Source: Eledone cirrhosa
Lineage: Eukaryota
Length of the DNA: 64,000 bases
NCBI GenBank assembly: GCA_964016885.1
Contig: OZ024742.1
Span: forward strand, 265,236,001-265,300,000
Direction: 5' to 3'
Below, in pieces: positions 62,595-64,000 of this stretch. Both the position numbers and the translations under genes were made by a program. Below the pieces are notes generated by a model. The model did not search any database and was not told the DNA's origin. It saw nothing but the letters and a program-made list of their open reading frames with translations. Every line of letters begins with the position of its first letter. Position 1 is the stretch's first letter.

Positions 62595-62950
62595 GATTAC
62601 GAATGTAAAGTGGTAACTAGTATCAATACCTATACCTACATTGGTTCTACTTCTAGCTCCTTTAAAGCAATATTTTATAATCATTCTTCTACATTTAAAA
62701 GGACCAGCACCGCACTCACAGAACTTATTTGGTCCTTAAAAGACAAAAACATAAATTAAGAAATTTCTTGGCGTAAAATCTACAACGCATCTCCATACTC
62801 CAATGCTTCCGTATCTAGTGTTTGTAATTTATGTCTAGTTGTAGAATTTACCATTATCTCGAATTTCAACACAATAACAAATCGAGGAACCGATTTATTT
62901 GGACTTTGTAATCATAAATCCTACAGGACCTTTCACAAAGTATATAGCTG
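62595..62950 (+). mobile_element. Degraded Hydra-like PLE GIY-YIG fragment; 3' region probably extends to about 63900
   Basis: YECKV, YIGSTSSSFK, LTELIWSLK, CNLC; preceded by a 39-bp inverted repeat (62292-62330 / 62556-62594). Confidence 0.8.
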
Positions 62951-63705
62951 ATTTCCTATAACATATTCCATCTTTACACATCTTTACACATCTTTCATTA
63001 TATTCTACGATGTATTAATTTTGTTTTCTCATCATATATTAAGCCTTTAATCTTTTTTTCTATAGCCCTAGATTTTTGCTCAAACCTTCGTAGATTTTGT
63101 AAACAAATTATGACGTCATATGTTTTTCTACGTTTATAAATCATTCTAGCAATTTCCTTTATTTACTTGTTGACATAAAATAAAAATTAAATAGTATACC
63201 CCCACATATATAGATTTTTACTAGAAATTATTAATTTTGACATAGATATATTATTTTTATTTTATTTTATAAAAATCTTTTTTTTTTATATTTATTTTAT
63301 TTTATTTTATTTTATTAATACATTTTTACACTTCTTAATACAATTTTTAGTATTTAAACCCAATATAAAATAATATACCCAGTTTCTATATTTAGACCTA
63401 TAATATTTGAATACCGTCTATAATATTCGCACATAAACCTCATCAATTTACTTTTCAACCGTTATTTACAGCTGTTTTCATTTTGACAGCCTTCCTGATC
63501 ATAAGTCTCTCTCTCTCTCTCTTTCTCTCTCTTCCTTTTTTTTCTTCTTTTTTTCCTTTCTTCTCTTTCCTTTTCCTTTTTCTCCTCTTCTTTCTTTTTC
63601 TTCTATTTTCCTATCTATTTCTTACTAAAGTATTAACACTTATATTTCTGTCATATCTAGACTTAGCACTTTCCTGTAAACAAGTGCTATTATGCCTCAT
63701 ATCAC

Positions 63706-63790
63706 GTTACCTTATTTTATCTGATGAGAACACAATTTTTGTCCCAGGATGATTTTGTATTCGAAATGCGCATAATAAAATATATGTAAC
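63706..63790 (+). ncRNA. Type I hammerhead ribozyme
   Basis: gttac..tattttat CTGATGA gaacacaa...ttgtattc GAAAT gcgc ATA ataaaata..gtaac; palindromic stem III ATGCGCAT. Confidence 0.88.
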
Positions 63791-64000
63791 TCTTTTAACC
63801 ATCTTTTAATTTCTTCTTTATTATATATACTCCAGTTCTAGTAACTGTTGTAACAATTGCATTAAAAATACGATGTAAATTGAACTTTTAATAATAAATT
63901 CAATGTGGTTAGTAACAGACATTATCATACATATATCACTAGTAATACTTGAAATAAATTGTCAACCACACCACATATACATACATATATATACATACAT

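Overview
This is an AT-rich, microsatellite-dense eukaryotic window. The SINE and repeat style suggests an octopod cephalopod (inference). I found no host gene I can support; most listed ORFs are translations of (TA)n, (CA)n or (CATA)n repeats. The window is dominated by Penelope-like retroelements (PLEs; RT plus GIY-YIG endonuclease) of at least two clades, nearly all with termini in (TA)n. They include a ~4.6-kb-period partial tandem with an inverted pLTR at 41.5-49.6 kb. Reading both strands by eye gives about 12 type I hammerhead ribozyme motifs (CUGANGA...GAAA..NUH), most with self-complementary stem III. Two of them sit in a 230-bp-arm near-perfect inverted dimer at 54.7-55.2 kb, which puts a hammerhead on each strand. 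Also present: a Chapaev3-like DNA transposon with TIRs and a TTA TSD, a non-autonomous Helitron, RTE and L1/Tx1 LINE relics, many tRNA-head SINEs (one with filled and empty sites both in the window), pre-miRNA-sized hairpins, an 8-kb higher-order TA satellite and a 200-N gap.
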